IMG/VR virus record: IMGVR_UViG_3300017987_000047
DNA length: 64,000 bases
Reading direction: 5' to 3' (one strand)
Source of the DNA: a virus
Lineage: Duplodnaviria > Heunggongvirae > Uroviricota > Caudoviricetes
Both the position numbers and the translations under genes were made by a program. How positions within the stretch are numbered: the first letter of the stretch is position 1; the number at the start of each line of letters is the position of its first letter. Below the pieces are notes generated by a model. The model was not told the DNA's origin. It saw only the letters and a program-made list of their open reading frames with translations, and searched no databases. Of this stretch, positions 48,656 through 59,003 are shown in pieces.

Positions 48656-49192
48656 ATGAAACCTGAAAAAAAGCTAAAGACGATTGCAAAAAGAATTAAA
48701 AGCAGTAAATCGCCATTTCTGCCAAAGGAACGGGTGTTAAGATGCCCTGAAGATAATTTCTATTTAGGCTTGTCCGTCGATACACCGCAAAAGGCATGGG
48801 AAAGAGCAAGAGAAATTGCTCGGGAGAAAGGGGACATTGAAAGCAGTGAGTATCTCAAAGACCGGGGGGAATTTCATATCACAGTTCTTTCCCCAAAGGA
48901 ACTACGCAAAGTTCTAAAGGACCACCCCGAGCTTAAAGAAGAGCCTGTTAAAATAACAACCACAGGTAAAAACGGGGTTAAGTATTTAGGGATTGGGCGG
49001 GCCGAGAAAAATGGTAATGTAGCATATTTCATTGTTGTCGATTGGCCCGCAGCAAGAAAACTCAGAGCAAAATATCTTGGGGAAGAAGAGGCTAACAAGC
49101 AAGAATTCCATATCACGTTAGGATTTAAGGAAAAGGATGTTTTTGGCGACCCACCGTTAAAAGGCCCAGAATCCCTCGTGGAAAAGTGGTAG
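48656..49192 (+). CDS. 2H phosphoesterase family protein
   Basis: FHITV and FHITLG motifs; basic N-terminal leader. Confidence 0.8.
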   Translation: MKPEKKLKTIAKRIKSSKSPFLPKERVLRCPEDNFYLGLSVDTPQKAWERAREIAREKGDIESSEYLKDRGEFHITVLSPKELRKVLKDHPELKEEPVKITTTGKNGVKYLGIGRAEKNGNVAYFIVVDWPAARKLRAKYLGEEEANKQEFHITLGFKEKDVFGDPPLKGPESLVEKW

Positions 49193-49209
49193 CTTTTTTC
49201 GGGTGTGCA

Positions 49210-49636
49210 ATGCCTGATATTATCATAAATAAGCCGACAGAAGAGGATCTCAAATCGCTCCCGGAATTCTGCAATATCGCAGTAATTAATGGAGCCCACA
49301 CAAAGTGGCTGCTCAGAGAATTCCAGGACGAAATTGGTTCTTTCTCTGTGGGTATCACGTTTATGCTAAATACTATTATCTAGACAACTACGCTTTAGTA
49401 GAAAATAATATAGAAGTCGAAGCGCGCTGTCTTGGGATACACGTATAGTAAGAATAAACCCCTCTTCCGTGATAAGAATCGCTGACTGGTTACCAGACCA
49501 TATTCAAGCTATCCAATCAAATCCGCGGAGGTATTTAACCGGGGAAAGTGCAGTTACCCGAACCTTAGCTAAAACCTATTTAAAGCAAAATGAATTACAA
49601 CTGGACAAAAAGCAAAGAGCGAATCCTTCTTTCTAA
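49210..49636 (+). pseudogene. possible frameshifted or degraded ORF
   Basis: Short open stretches in three frames; the last carries YLTGESAVTRTLAK but has no clear start. Confidence 0.35.
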
Positions 49637-50054
49637 GCTCTTGACTTCTCAAAAATTTAATCATGGAGTTACCTGCTTTTTTGTTCCCCTAACAAAAGTA
49701 ATTGGGGCTAAGTTATTTGAACACTCTAAAGAACGAAACCAAGCTTTAACATTACAAAAGAAAGCCGCCAAGCATGGCCTAGCACCGAAGGCAGGGGAAA
49801 AGTTTTCTTTTTCTTGGAGAGTCTTTCCTTGGGATCTTTTTGAGGATGAACCCCAAGTTATAAAAATTTATGGGTATCTAACACAAATAGCAGAAACCCC
49901 CATTACTTTATCCCCGAAGGAAGAGGAAGAGCTGGAAAAACGTCTTAGGGATATTGGAATTAGTGCTTTTGATTTACACGAAGATAATATTGGTAAAATC
50001 GGTAAAAATATTCTATGTATAGACTTCGACCACGAAAGCGTTGAAGCTATTTGA
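49590..50054 (+). CDS. minimal protein-kinase-like fold protein
   Basis: DLHEDNIG...CIDFD catalytic and Mg-binding loops; IGAKLF. Confidence 0.65.
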   Translation: MNYNWTKSKERILLSKLLTSQKFNHGVTCFFVPLTKVIGAKLFEHSKERNQALTLQKKAAKHGLAPKAGEKFSFSWRVFPWDLFEDEPQVIKIYGYLTQIAETPITLSPKEEEELEKRLRDIGISAFDLHEDNIGKIGKNILCIDFDHESVEAI

Positions 50055-50066
50055 AAAGGAAAATCA

Positions 50067-51011
50067 ATGGATTTGATTTTGGATGCGAATAATCTAGAAT
50101 ACCGTAGTTTTTGGATTGGGAAAACTTTTGGGAAAAAGAATCCCAAGGAAGCAGAAGAGATCGAGATTTCCGAGGATGGAGAAAAGAAACCGGGATTCGG
50201 GGGTATTTATATCTTCCTTGGCACTTTGCGTAAACTAGTCGAAGAGTTTCGCCCCGAAAGGGTTTGGGCATGTTGGGATAAGAAATTAATCTGGCCTTCG
50301 TCTAATTTTAGAAAAGATATGCTGAAGGGAGAATATAAGGCAACAAGAGATAATGAAGCCGCATTCTCCGAGATGTATAGCCAAGAAGATCTCTTGATAG
50401 AGGTTTTAAAAGTTTTGGGCTGTATTAACATGCATCCCAGGGTTCTTGAGGCCGATGACGTTATTAGTTGGTTAAGCCGCAAGGCTCCAGCAGACAACAT
50501 GGTTGTTAGTACTGATAATGACCTTTACCAGCTGATTTCTGAAAGAACTAGCTTCTATAACCTGAATAAGAAAAGTGTTATCTGTTTAGCGAATTTTGAG
50601 AGTGAAATTGGGATTGAGCCAGAACACTTTGTTAAGTGGAAATCGATCCAAGGCGACAAGTCCGATAATATTTCGGGATTAAAAGGTTTTGGGAAAAAGA
50701 AAGCAGCAAAGCTTGCGCGTGCCTGGGATACGGAAGCGGCTAAGCTTTCTCCAGAACAACAAGAACTTGTGGATAGAAATATTACCGTTATTGATTTAAG
50801 CAAAAGTTGGGAAATGGAAGACGGGGAGGAAGATTTTTATGACCTCCAGTTCGAGGACGCGAGATGCCAACAAGACCTGAGCGTTTTCAAAGGAATCTGT
50901 GAAAAAATGAACTTCCAAAGATTCCTGAAAAACTTCGATAAATGGGTGAGACCCTTTAAAAGTCTTACCGAAGCCCCCCAACCACTAGAAGTGGAAGACG
51001 ACTTGCTTTAG
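50067..51011 (+). CDS. 5'-3' exonuclease / RNase H (PolA N-terminal, T4 Rnh-like)
   Basis: LDANN, YKATR, EADD, STDND, GDKSDNISGLKGFGKKKA. Confidence 0.92.
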   Translation: MDLILDANNLEYRSFWIGKTFGKKNPKEAEEIEISEDGEKKPGFGGIYIFLGTLRKLVEEFRPERVWACWDKKLIWPSSNFRKDMLKGEYKATRDNEAAFSEMYSQEDLLIEVLKVLGCINMHPRVLEADDVISWLSRKAPADNMVVSTDNDLYQLISERTSFYNLNKKSVICLANFESEIGIEPEHFVKWKSIQGDKSDNISGLKGFGKKKAAKLARAWDTEAAKLSPEQQELVDRNITVIDLSKSWEMEDGEEDFYDLQFEDARCQQDLSVFKGICEKMNFQRFLKNFDKWVRPFKSLTEAPQPLEVEDDLL

Positions 51012-51022
51012 GAGAGTAAGAC

Positions 51023-51463
51023 ATGCCAGACAAAGAGATTAAATTCTACGGCCCTACTGACGAATACGGGTTCTTCTCAAACTTCTCCGCCCATCCGATT
51101 AGCCTAAAAGGAAAGGTCTGGCCTACCTCCGAGCATTACTACCAAGCACAGAAATTTGCGGGCACGGAAATCGAAGAAAAGATTCGATGGCTACCCGCTC
51201 CTGGAAAAGCCTTTCGGGAAGCTCGAAAACATAAATTGAGGGAGGACTGGGAAGAAGTAAAAGTTGATGTAATGCGCGATGCATTGCTTGCGAAATTCAC
51301 CCAACACGGGGACCTTAGACGAATTCTTTTAGGGACTAAGGATGCCCTTTTAATCGAGCACACTCCCCGCGATTCTTTTTGGGGGGATGGCGGGGATGGT
51401 AGTGGAAAAAATATGCTCGGAACTCTTCTTATGGAACTGAGAGAAAAGCTAAGGGGACAATAA
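51023..51463 (+). CDS. NADAR (YbiA-like) protein
   Basis: FFSNF, WPTSEHYYQAQKF, AKFTQH, IEHTPRDSFWG, GKNMLG. Confidence 0.93.
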   Translation: MPDKEIKFYGPTDEYGFFSNFSAHPISLKGKVWPTSEHYYQAQKFAGTEIEEKIRWLPAPGKAFREARKHKLREDWEEVKVDVMRDALLAKFTQHGDLRRILLGTKDALLIEHTPRDSFWGDGGDGSGKNMLGTLLMELREKLRGQ

Positions 51464-52615
51464 ATGGAATTGCCTTTGAAGGTTATCCTAGACCTTAACC
51501 CGTTAGCAGCAGAACTGTATGAAGAGTTAAAGTTCCCAACGGAGATTAGGGTTTGGCCTGATATGCAAAGAGTTTTTTCGGGCGAACAAAAACTTGCTTC
51601 CATGAAAGGAGGTTTGGGATTTGCAAAACTTCCCGTAATCATTCAAGCAGATTTTGCATATCAAGTTTCCAGAACTATTTTTATGGATGTCCCTTTAGAG
51701 ATTAGAGGGGCGAACACGAGCGAGATAGTACTAAAACCCCGTAAAGTTTGTGGAGTCACGCGAAGTTTCATTGGGAAAATCCATGAAAATCTGACTTCAA
51801 ATATTCCAGAAATTCGAACACAAGTAAAACGCGCAGTTAAAACAGAGCCACAAATTTTCAGATTTCCTGAAGGGGAAGAGCATCTTCCAACACTCAAAAT
51901 CTGCGAGAAATTAAACGACAAGCTACAACACTTTACTTTAGAGCCCCGGGAAGCGGTGGATCGAGAAACGGACGTAGATATTGTTTGTACTCTAGCTCCA
52001 GTTAACGTAACTGTGAGTGCTAAATCTCTCGGGACCCTCCGCGAAATTAAATTTTCAAAGATCTTAGAATTCTTCACCTCTCTTGATTGTTATTGTGCTC
52101 AGCTCGCGCAAACAACCCTAAATTACAAAATTACTGAGTTTGACCTTAGCTGCTGTATCTCTTATGAGCAGGAAGAGTTTACTGCCCATTGGACTGTAGA
52201 CCCAATTTTTGGGGTAAGCACTTACGGCCAAATGTTTAGAACAATATCTAACACTTTTGGAAATATCGATTTACTTGTAAGAGTGGAGAAAAACCCGGGG
52301 TTTGAGACTGGTTCTGATTTGGCGACGTACCTTATAACCCTTGAAATGTTTATTGCAGCCCTAAGCTCCCTCTGGGTGTCTAACCCATGTAGTATACATA
52401 AATTTATTGCAATTAAATTTTCGCCCGGCAATGGGGAAGAATTAGAAGTATCCCTTATATCTCTAGCAATCTCGGTTGACCCCTGTAGTGGTTATAGTAA
52501 TAATCCCTATAACTATCACGACACGCTTCAGAGGTTGCTTGGGGATGAAAAAACGGGGAAGCGTCGGATGTCTCTTTATGCTTTTAATGATATGATTAGC
52601 GAAATAATCAATTAA
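51464..52615 (+). CDS. hypothetical protein
   Basis: 383-aa ORF directly after the NADAR stop. Confidence 0.7.
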   Translation: MELPLKVILDLNPLAAELYEELKFPTEIRVWPDMQRVFSGEQKLASMKGGLGFAKLPVIIQADFAYQVSRTIFMDVPLEIRGANTSEIVLKPRKVCGVTRSFIGKIHENLTSNIPEIRTQVKRAVKTEPQIFRFPEGEEHLPTLKICEKLNDKLQHFTLEPREAVDRETDVDIVCTLAPVNVTVSAKSLGTLREIKFSKILEFFTSLDCYCAQLAQTTLNYKITEFDLSCCISYEQEEFTAHWTVDPIFGVSTYGQMFRTISNTFGNIDLLVRVEKNPGFETGSDLATYLITLEMFIAALSSLWVSNPCSIHKFIAIKFSPGNGEELEVSLISLAISVDPCSGYSNNPYNYHDTLQRLLGDEKTGKRRMSLYAFNDMISEIIN

Positions 52616-52646
52616 TCTTATTTTCCTTAAAAAGGAAATAAGGACT

Positions 52647-53180
52647 ATGCTTTCTAAAAATATTCAAAAAATAGCTTTCGATTTAATCGCGAAATCCCAA
52701 AAAAGATGCGAATCGGCAGGGCTTTTCTTGCCCCTCCCGAAACATATTGCAAAGCATTTTCCCCATAAACCAGAAGATACATCTCCTCCCCATGTGACGC
52801 TACTTTATATTGGGGATGTCCCCGAAGTAGATGCCATTCTTTATAAAAAGATAGCAGAAGTTGCTGCAGCAAAAAATCCCGTTGGGAAGATGAAACTAAA
52901 GGACCCTTCCTTCTTCAAAAATCAGCATGATCAATGGATAGCGCACAACCCAATCGAATGCCCAGGGCTAGAGGACCTACGCAAAGCAATCTGGGATGCT
53001 TGTGATAAAATTGGATTAGAAGTCCAAGATAGTTTCAAAAAGTTTAAGCCTCATGCCACATTAGCTTACCTTGATAAAAAGAAGTATGACGGAGATTTCT
53101 TTATTGGGGACTTCCAACCCACATCTGTCGAACTATGGGGCTTTGGAAAGAAACATAAAATCCCCTTAATCCCTAACTAA
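52647..53180 (+). CDS. 2H phosphoesterase (2'-5' RNA ligase/ThpR-like)
   Basis: PHVTLLYIG and FKPHATLAY. Confidence 0.88.
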   Translation: MLSKNIQKIAFDLIAKSQKRCESAGLFLPLPKHIAKHFPHKPEDTSPPHVTLLYIGDVPEVDAILYKKIAEVAAAKNPVGKMKLKDPSFFKNQHDQWIAHNPIECPGLEDLRKAIWDACDKIGLEVQDSFKKFKPHATLAYLDKKKYDGDFFIGDFQPTSVELWGFGKKHKIPLIPN

Positions 53181-53267
53181 TTATAATCTAAAAATCCAAC
53201 GAGGTACGAAGCAACCTCATTATATATTTAAGGTAACCTACCCCAACTAAGGAAGTTCCCTTAAAAA

Positions 53268-53831
53268 ATGGATTATCAAAATCTCTATACAGAGCTGAGA
53301 AATGGGACCCTAACCGAGGAAACACTCGAGGAGTTCCAAGGCTTGCTGGAGCTTCGGCTTCGCCAGAAGTACAAAAATGTTGCTCTCCTCGCATCTATTT
53401 TTGGTATGAGCCCACCTGATCTTATTCAGGAACTTTTAATTAAGGCGCTGCTCGCTGCTCGAACTTTCGATGAAGAAAAAACAGTTTTCACTACTTATCT
53501 CTACCGCTGTATAGATAACGAAATTTATAGTCGGCATCAAAGTTTTAGGCGAAACCTTAACAAAGGGGCTTTAGTCCAAAGGGAAGACGAAGACGTTCCT
53601 ATTACCGAACAAGGGTTTAATGAAATCGACAGTAAAGAGGAGTTAACTTTTCTTTTACAAAATCTCCCCAGACTTCCTGAGCGGGAGGAAATAATTCTCA
53701 GTTTAAGGTTGGTGGGCTTTACGTTTGAAAAGATTGGGAAAACGTTCGGCATATCTCGGGAAGCCGTGCATCAACGCTTCCATAAAAGCATCCTCCCGAA
53801 ATTGAGAGGCATCTTAAATGGGCGAATATAA
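53268..53831 (+). CDS. sigma-70 family RNA polymerase sigma factor
   Basis: Region 2 DLIQE...FTTYLYRCI; region 4 LPEREEIILSLR...FEKIGKTFGISREAVHQ. Confidence 0.85.
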   Translation: MDYQNLYTELRNGTLTEETLEEFQGLLELRLRQKYKNVALLASIFGMSPPDLIQELLIKALLAARTFDEEKTVFTTYLYRCIDNEIYSRHQSFRRNLNKGALVQREDEDVPITEQGFNEIDSKEELTFLLQNLPRLPEREEIILSLRLVGFTFEKIGKTFGISREAVHQRFHKSILPKLRGILNGRI

Positions 53832-54228
53832 AATAGAAGAAATTAAGCAAGTAAGTTTTATTTTCACAGACGGCCTCCCTTTATGGGATTCGAATCTTAC
53901 TTCTTTTCTTCTTACCGAAGATATAACAGTAAAAAGGCTTGGGCAAGCCTTGCTTTATTGCCTACAAGCAATGCCACCCCGCAAAGACCCTTCCAAGCTT
54001 AAAATTACCGAAATAATAGCAGGAAAGCTTTATAACCTTAGTTATTCTGTGGTTGATAAACTTTGTGGAGAACAGATAGAATATAGCAGCTCTTATGCTA
54101 TCAAGGTTAGCCCTTTTCTCCTCTCCCACTTTGTAAACACAACCACACTAAAAATCGCTCATGCAACTTCGCTGACATCGGAGATGATTGGGGCCCGGAC
54201 ATTCGCCAAGGCGCTAAACAATGATTAA
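53818..54228 (+). CDS. hypothetical protein
   Basis: C-terminal SLTSEMIGARTFAK. Confidence 0.6.
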   Translation: MGEYKIEEIKQVSFIFTDGLPLWDSNLTSFLLTEDITVKRLGQALLYCLQAMPPRKDPSKLKITEIIAGKLYNLSYSVVDKLCGEQIEYSSSYAIKVSPFLLSHFVNTTTLKIAHATSLTSEMIGARTFAKALNND

Positions 54229-54640
54229 AGTTCTTTTCAGGCATTTTAAGGGCTATTACATCTCTTCCCCAGCATCCGTATTCTCTAAAATACTGGAAGT
54301 GCAGGATATCGAGGAGTCCACAATACGAGCCCTTGTGCTCAAAATGTTTGAACAAGAAATAGAAGAATTAGACGAACTTAAACTTATTCCGCCTTCTGCC
54401 TTAACTCTTGATGAATTAGCTCATTTTTCTACGGAAGAACAGAAAACCTTACGGGAGAGTGCTTTCCTTGTAAGAGCTAAGCTCTTGACCCCATCTGGAG
54501 AATCCCAATATATAATTCAGTACCCAGAGGTTGAAGTATATATACCAGATTTCGCTGCAGTGAAATCTTTGCTTACCCATTCGCACCCAGGAATTAGAAA
54601 TTTTGCCAAAGAAACGTTGGGAGATTCTAATGACGACTGA
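54221..54640 (+). CDS. hypothetical protein
   Basis: C-terminal LLTHSHPGIRNFAK. Confidence 0.6.
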   Translation: MIKVLFRHFKGYYISSPASVFSKILEVQDIEESTIRALVLKMFEQEIEELDELKLIPPSALTLDELAHFSTEEQKTLRESAFLVRAKLLTPSGESQYIIQYPEVEVYIPDFAAVKSLLTHSHPGIRNFAKETLGDSNDD

Positions 54641-54911
54641 CACCGACATTGAAGAACTTATCGATATAGAAACCGATACGGAGAACCCTTGGAAAGTTTT
54701 GCTTTTCAATGACGAAGACCATAGCTTTGATGAGGTAATTCTCCAGGTGCAAAAAGCCAAGGGCTGTACTCTTGAAGAAGCAATTGAGATTACACTAACA
54801 GCACACAGCTCAGGCCAAGCGATAGTTAAAGTAGATACAATGGAAGAATGTGAAAGGGTAGCGGGTGTGTTGCAACAAATTCAACTCCGTACTTGTATCG
54901 AGCGTGCTTAA
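54630..54911 (+). CDS. clpS: ClpS-like Clp protease adaptor
   Basis: WKVLLFNDEDHSFDEV...A..I...AHSSGQAIV. Confidence 0.85.
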   Translation: MTTDTDIEELIDIETDTENPWKVLLFNDEDHSFDEVILQVQKAKGCTLEEAIEITLTAHSSGQAIVKVDTMEECERVAGVLQQIQLRTCIERA

Positions 54912-54921
54912 AAGGAGAAAA

Positions 54922-55644
54922 ATGATGAATTGGCCACTAGTTCCCCATCGCCGCCCTGGTTTCCTTGACTTCGATCTGGAAGAAGACCTAGAAGAAGCAT
55001 CCCACGCTGATATTTTGGCAGAATTTTTGAGGCTTGAGAAAAAAGCCGAGGACTTAAAGTTTAAGTTAAAGCAACAGTTTGGCATTAAGAGGGAAGAGTT
55101 TTCCCTTGAGCCGGAGACAACAAAAACCCCGTGTTTTAGAACAACAAGTTTAGTCGATGTGGATTCTTTTCTTGCTGGGGTCGCTGCCCAGAAAAAAGCA
55201 ACTCAAGATGAAGCGCGGTTAAAGGAAGCAAGCAAGCGCAGAGAAGAACAAGAGGAGCAATTGCGGGCACAAAAAATAAAAGCTCTTGGAGAACTTAAGG
55301 AGTGGTTAGAGAACTCAAAATTCGAGAAGCACGAAAAAGCATTAGCCACGGTACTATATAATGAATTCTTCGAAGGATCAGAGGGGTTTGTGGCGTGGTC
55401 GCTGACCAGTACTGATGTGCCACATGACGCAGCTCAATTCGACAGTTGCAATAAAATGCTCGTTAAAGCTCGTAATATCGATTTAGATAAGGCTAAAACA
55501 GCATTAGCTAAGTTAACCCCTGTTTCTTTACAGTGGGCAGCAATTGTCTCAAAGTGGGATGAGATCAAGTGGGTTTATAACTCTTCAAATAGAAACAGAA
55601 AAATCCAAGCTATTCTCAAAAAGGCAAAACGCCAGAAGAAATAA
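54922..55644 (+). CDS. hypothetical helical protein
   Basis: AAGGAG RBS before ATG 54922. Confidence 0.7.
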   Translation: MMNWPLVPHRRPGFLDFDLEEDLEEASHADILAEFLRLEKKAEDLKFKLKQQFGIKREEFSLEPETTKTPCFRTTSLVDVDSFLAGVAAQKKATQDEARLKEASKRREEQEEQLRAQKIKALGELKEWLENSKFEKHEKALATVLYNEFFEGSEGFVAWSLTSTDVPHDAAQFDSCNKMLVKARNIDLDKAKTALAKLTPVSLQWAAIVSKWDEIKWVYNSSNRNRKIQAILKKAKRQKK

Positions 55645-55717
55645 TCCTACCTCACAAGGTTAAATTACTTCCAGCTGAACAATTCTGGATAAGAGACTAG
55701 CTAATTCAGGAGAACCA

Positions 55718-56110
55718 ATGAGCCGGATTATTGATAAAGCTGTGGCTGATAATAAATTGCTGCTAATTGAAGTAGATGAGTGGGATACCTACCTAGTAGA
55801 CCCCTCAGAAATTGTAGTAGACGCTGAAACTCAAATGTTTCTAATTGCTACAGGAAGAATGCAGGCATTTGATTGTGATATGTATACAGTCGCTAAGCAC
55901 TACAAAACTGTAGAGTATATCACTATCCCATGTGCCGAGTGCAGGATTCAACTCCTAGACCGTCCTCCGCACTGGTCCTACGTGACTGTGGAAGAGGCTA
56001 AGCTTAGAGCAAGGCGTATGCGCTTTGTGAGGAAGCATAAGCCCTCTAATCCCATTCGGTGGATTAGTAAGAAGCTCATAAAGTTGTATCGCAGTATTGG
56101 TAAAAAATAA
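55718..56110 (+). CDS. hypothetical protein
   Basis: AGGAG RBS, 130 aa. Confidence 0.6.
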   Translation: MSRIIDKAVADNKLLLIEVDEWDTYLVDPSEIVVDAETQMFLIATGRMQAFDCDMYTVAKHYKTVEYITIPCAECRIQLLDRPPHWSYVTVEEAKLRARRMRFVRKHKPSNPIRWISKKLIKLYRSIGKK

Positions 56111-56286
56111 ACAAGGTTAAATTTATGATTTCCCTACCTTATATTATAGGGCATTATACCACGAAATTAGGAGGTCCGCCTGCCAGAGCAGAAATGAAAA
56201 AATTGACAGCTTAGAAGGAAAGGAGTTTGGTAGCAAGAGATTTTTGAGTATCACAGATTCCCCCTATCCATTCAAAGGAGATTCGC

Positions 56287-56853
56287 ATGATCCGCACACT
56301 GACCCTTCTCGCTTTTGTTGTCGTATTGTTTCTCGGTTGCACGAACGAGGAAACTCCTTCCCCTGAAGAGAGTGGGACCGTTGCTGAGGGAGAGGCCACT
56401 CTTGCAATTGATATTTACGAAGAATGCCTTCAAACAGCAACAGAAGTTAAGGGAGATAATCCCCAACTTGAGGAATGCTACGAACTTCTTCAGCGTGGGA
56501 AGTCGTATCTGGAGCAAGACCCCCCACGCTACATGCAAGCTTCCGAAATTCTAAACCTCATCTACAACTCGAACGAAACCAACGCAAAAAGCGTTGGCGA
56601 AACCGGCGAGTTCTTCCAGTTGGTTTATGTCCGCGGCGAAGAACTTCACGAAGAAGTGTTACAAAACCTCAACTCCTGGGTGGAGCGCCTTAACGGCTTA
56701 GAGGAGGGACAAGCCGAATTTTATCGGGAAGAGATCTTCCCCCGTTTCGCTGGTCAAAGTAATTGTGCTCGTGGCATAATGATTGAGCTGGCGACCCTTG
56801 TGGAAGAAGAAGACTTTTGTGCCGCGAACATCGAAACCCTGTACACTGACTGA
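56287..56853 (+). CDS. putative lipoprotein
   Basis: Signal peptide MIRTLTLLAFVVVLFLG-C with lipobox; acidic body. Confidence 0.7.
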   Translation: MIRTLTLLAFVVVLFLGCTNEETPSPEESGTVAEGEATLAIDIYEECLQTATEVKGDNPQLEECYELLQRGKSYLEQDPPRYMQASEILNLIYNSNETNAKSVGETGEFFQLVYVRGEELHEEVLQNLNSWVERLNGLEEGQAEFYREEIFPRFAGQSNCARGIMIELATLVEEEDFCAANIETLYTD

Positions 56854-56869
56854 AAGGAAAGGTAACCCA

Positions 56870-58024
56870 ATGGGCAGGACGAAAAAGAAAAAATCAAAAC
56901 CCCCAATTCCGAAGGAGCCTGAAATGCCCGCATCATCCGACGAAGTGCCGAAGAAGCTAATCGCCTTGCTTATCCTCGGTTTCCTTTCCCTGGTTATCTT
57001 GCTTAACAGCTTCTCCTGCGTTGAGTCTGGGCACGTTAGGGTCGTGACTCAGTTTGACGCGGTACTGGATGATAATACCCTCTCAGAAGGGGCGAACTTC
57101 ATCTGGTTCTGGCGAGGAACTGTTGATGTGAATTGCCAGGCGCAAAACGAAAGCGTTGGGGCGACCTGGAGCGATCAAAAGGCAGCCGTCAGCCGCGATA
57201 CTCAATCGCTTGGGTTCCAGCTGGACATTGGGTGGTGTGTAAACAAACCCGCCGCGCCACATCTTGTTCGGCACTACTCGGCCTCAACGGAGACCTGGAG
57301 CGAAACAATCATTATTCACTGTATGTGGCAAGCAGTGAAAAATGTGATGTCGAACTACTCCGTCGTTGAAGTTACGCAGCAGCGGGAAACGGTGAAGAAC
57401 GAGATCGAGGAACAGCTCGTGTTGCTTATTAATGAGCGGCTTGTTAATAAAGACCCGGTGCTGGAAAATGCGGTCACTATTACTCAGGTAAACCTTTCGA
57501 ATATTGAGTATAGTGACGGGTATGAGCAAGCCATTGAAGCAAAGCAAGTCTTGGAGCAAGAGGTGCAACGAGAGGAACGCGAATTAGAGCGTATCCGAAT
57601 CAACGCACAACAGCAAGTTGCCCAGGCTGAGGCTGAGCGAGATGCTATGGTACAGCGGGCTAATGGTGAAGCCCTTTCACGGATTGTCCGGGCAGAGGCT
57701 GAAGTAAAAGCTTACCTTTGGCTTCTCCAAGTGGGCGTTGACCCTATGACAAACCGTTTTTATGATACTTGGGACGGAGTTGTTCCTACCGTTTGGGGTG
57801 GTGGGGGTGGGTCAATTGAGATGTTAATCCCGGCCTCCTGCGGGGAGAGCGGAATCTCCGCAGAAAACCTACAATTGCTGCTCCGCTCAATGCAAGAAGA
57901 ACGTGAGGCTATTGAAGAACGCATGACGCAGACCCAGGAGGATGAAGCAAACGCCCGGGAAACGCCTAACGCGGAGCCTCGTGAGGAGGAAGAAGAAACT
58001 CAGACCCAACCCGATGAGGAGTAA
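56870..58024 (+). CDS. SPFH/Band 7/prohibitin domain membrane protein
   Basis: TM helix, VESGHVRVV, YEQAIEAKQV..Q, coiled coil with AEAE. Confidence 0.88.
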   Translation: MGRTKKKKSKPPIPKEPEMPASSDEVPKKLIALLILGFLSLVILLNSFSCVESGHVRVVTQFDAVLDDNTLSEGANFIWFWRGTVDVNCQAQNESVGATWSDQKAAVSRDTQSLGFQLDIGWCVNKPAAPHLVRHYSASTETWSETIIIHCMWQAVKNVMSNYSVVEVTQQRETVKNEIEEQLVLLINERLVNKDPVLENAVTITQVNLSNIEYSDGYEQAIEAKQVLEQEVQREERELERIRINAQQQVAQAEAERDAMVQRANGEALSRIVRAEAEVKAYLWLLQVGVDPMTNRFYDTWDGVVPTVWGGGGGSIEMLIPASCGESGISAENLQLLLRSMQEEREAIEERMTQTQEDEANARETPNAEPREEEEETQTQPDEE

Positions 58025-58056
58025 AACGCGGCTAAAAAGTTAGCCGAAGGTTGAGT

Positions 58057-58095
58057 AAAAAAGGGGGTGCCACAGACGTGGCACCCCCTTTTTTT
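58057..58095. terminator. strong intrinsic terminator
   Basis: AAAAAAGGGGGTGCCAC-AGAC-GTGGCACCCCCTTTTTTT. Confidence 0.9.
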
Positions 58096-58132
58096 ATGAA
58101 GGGATTTACCATAAAGCAGGGTGAGCTGAAAA

Positions 58133-58426
58133 ATGAAAAAAGTATTAACCTTTATGGACGAAGATGCACACATGCATGTCTATGATGTTTCAACCGACGC
58201 AAAACTTGAAAATGTTATTTTCGCTATTCTCCAAACTCACCTTGAGGGAAATTATATCCGGGGGGAGGATGCGAAAAGGGCGAAGGAAGCAATTAAGGAA
58301 AAAGACGTAGACTCCGCAATTGATTTAATTGACGATTCGGATGGGGTTGGGTTTGAACGTAGCCGTGGCGGTAGAATGTATATTGTAGATGTTAAGTCCA
58401 ACTGGGACCAAAAAGCAGGATATTAA
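58133..58426 (+). CDS. hypothetical protein
   Basis: 97-aa ORF. Confidence 0.6.
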   Translation: MKKVLTFMDEDAHMHVYDVSTDAKLENVIFAILQTHLEGNYIRGEDAKRAKEAIKEKDVDSAIDLIDDSDGVGFERSRGGRMYIVDVKSNWDQKAGY

Positions 58427-58430
58427 AAAA

Positions 58431-58748
58431 ATGGATTATGTGATTCTATTTGGAATTGATAAAAATGTTAACCGGTGTGGTGTTATTTACAAAAAATTAG
58501 AAAATGCAATAGCTCAAGCAACAGGAACAGATAAGATTGTTAAAACACTAAATGGAGCAAAAATCTTAGACGCGTATGAACCCTTAAGAGATGTCCTCTT
58601 GGAGAAAGTACCCGAGCGGTACCAGACATCAGAGGCAATGACAAGAGTCTGGGAAAAGGACCAACAATGGAAAGTTAGTGTACTACAGGAACAGCTGGAT
58701 CTTTTAATTGCGGAAGGTGGCACAGAGATTGTTGAGGTTAAAGTTTAA
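58431..58748 (+). CDS. hypothetical protein
   Basis: ATG 4 nt after previous stop. Confidence 0.6.
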   Translation: MDYVILFGIDKNVNRCGVIYKKLENAIAQATGTDKIVKTLNGAKILDAYEPLRDVLLEKVPERYQTSEAMTRVWEKDQQWKVSVLQEQLDLLIAEGGTEIVEVKV

Positions 58749-58869
58749 TGTTGAGGATGAAAAAGATAGAAGAGGGATGGCCCACGGTGGAAGCTACACG
58801 GACATCATTATCCCTACTAAAATCCTCTCCGCCCTTATATTTGCACAAGAAAATGCCCCAAAACATTAG

Positions 58870-58955
58870 TTTACATTTGGGTCAAAGAAAATATAATATA
58901 ATGGCCCCCTAAAACCCTTGAAGCCAATGTAAATAAAAAACTAAAGTTGTTTTTA
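58870..58955 (+). repeat. spaced-box element, copy 2
   Basis: TTTACATTTGGGTC-N19-GGCCCC-N17-AATGTAA-atAAAAAACtaAAGTTGTTTTT; also TTTACA-N16-TATAAT promoter-like. Confidence 0.6.
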
Positions 58956-59003
58956 TTTTACATTTAAGTTAGCCCCTTTAACCCCTGGCCAAAGGAGCCC
59001 AAA

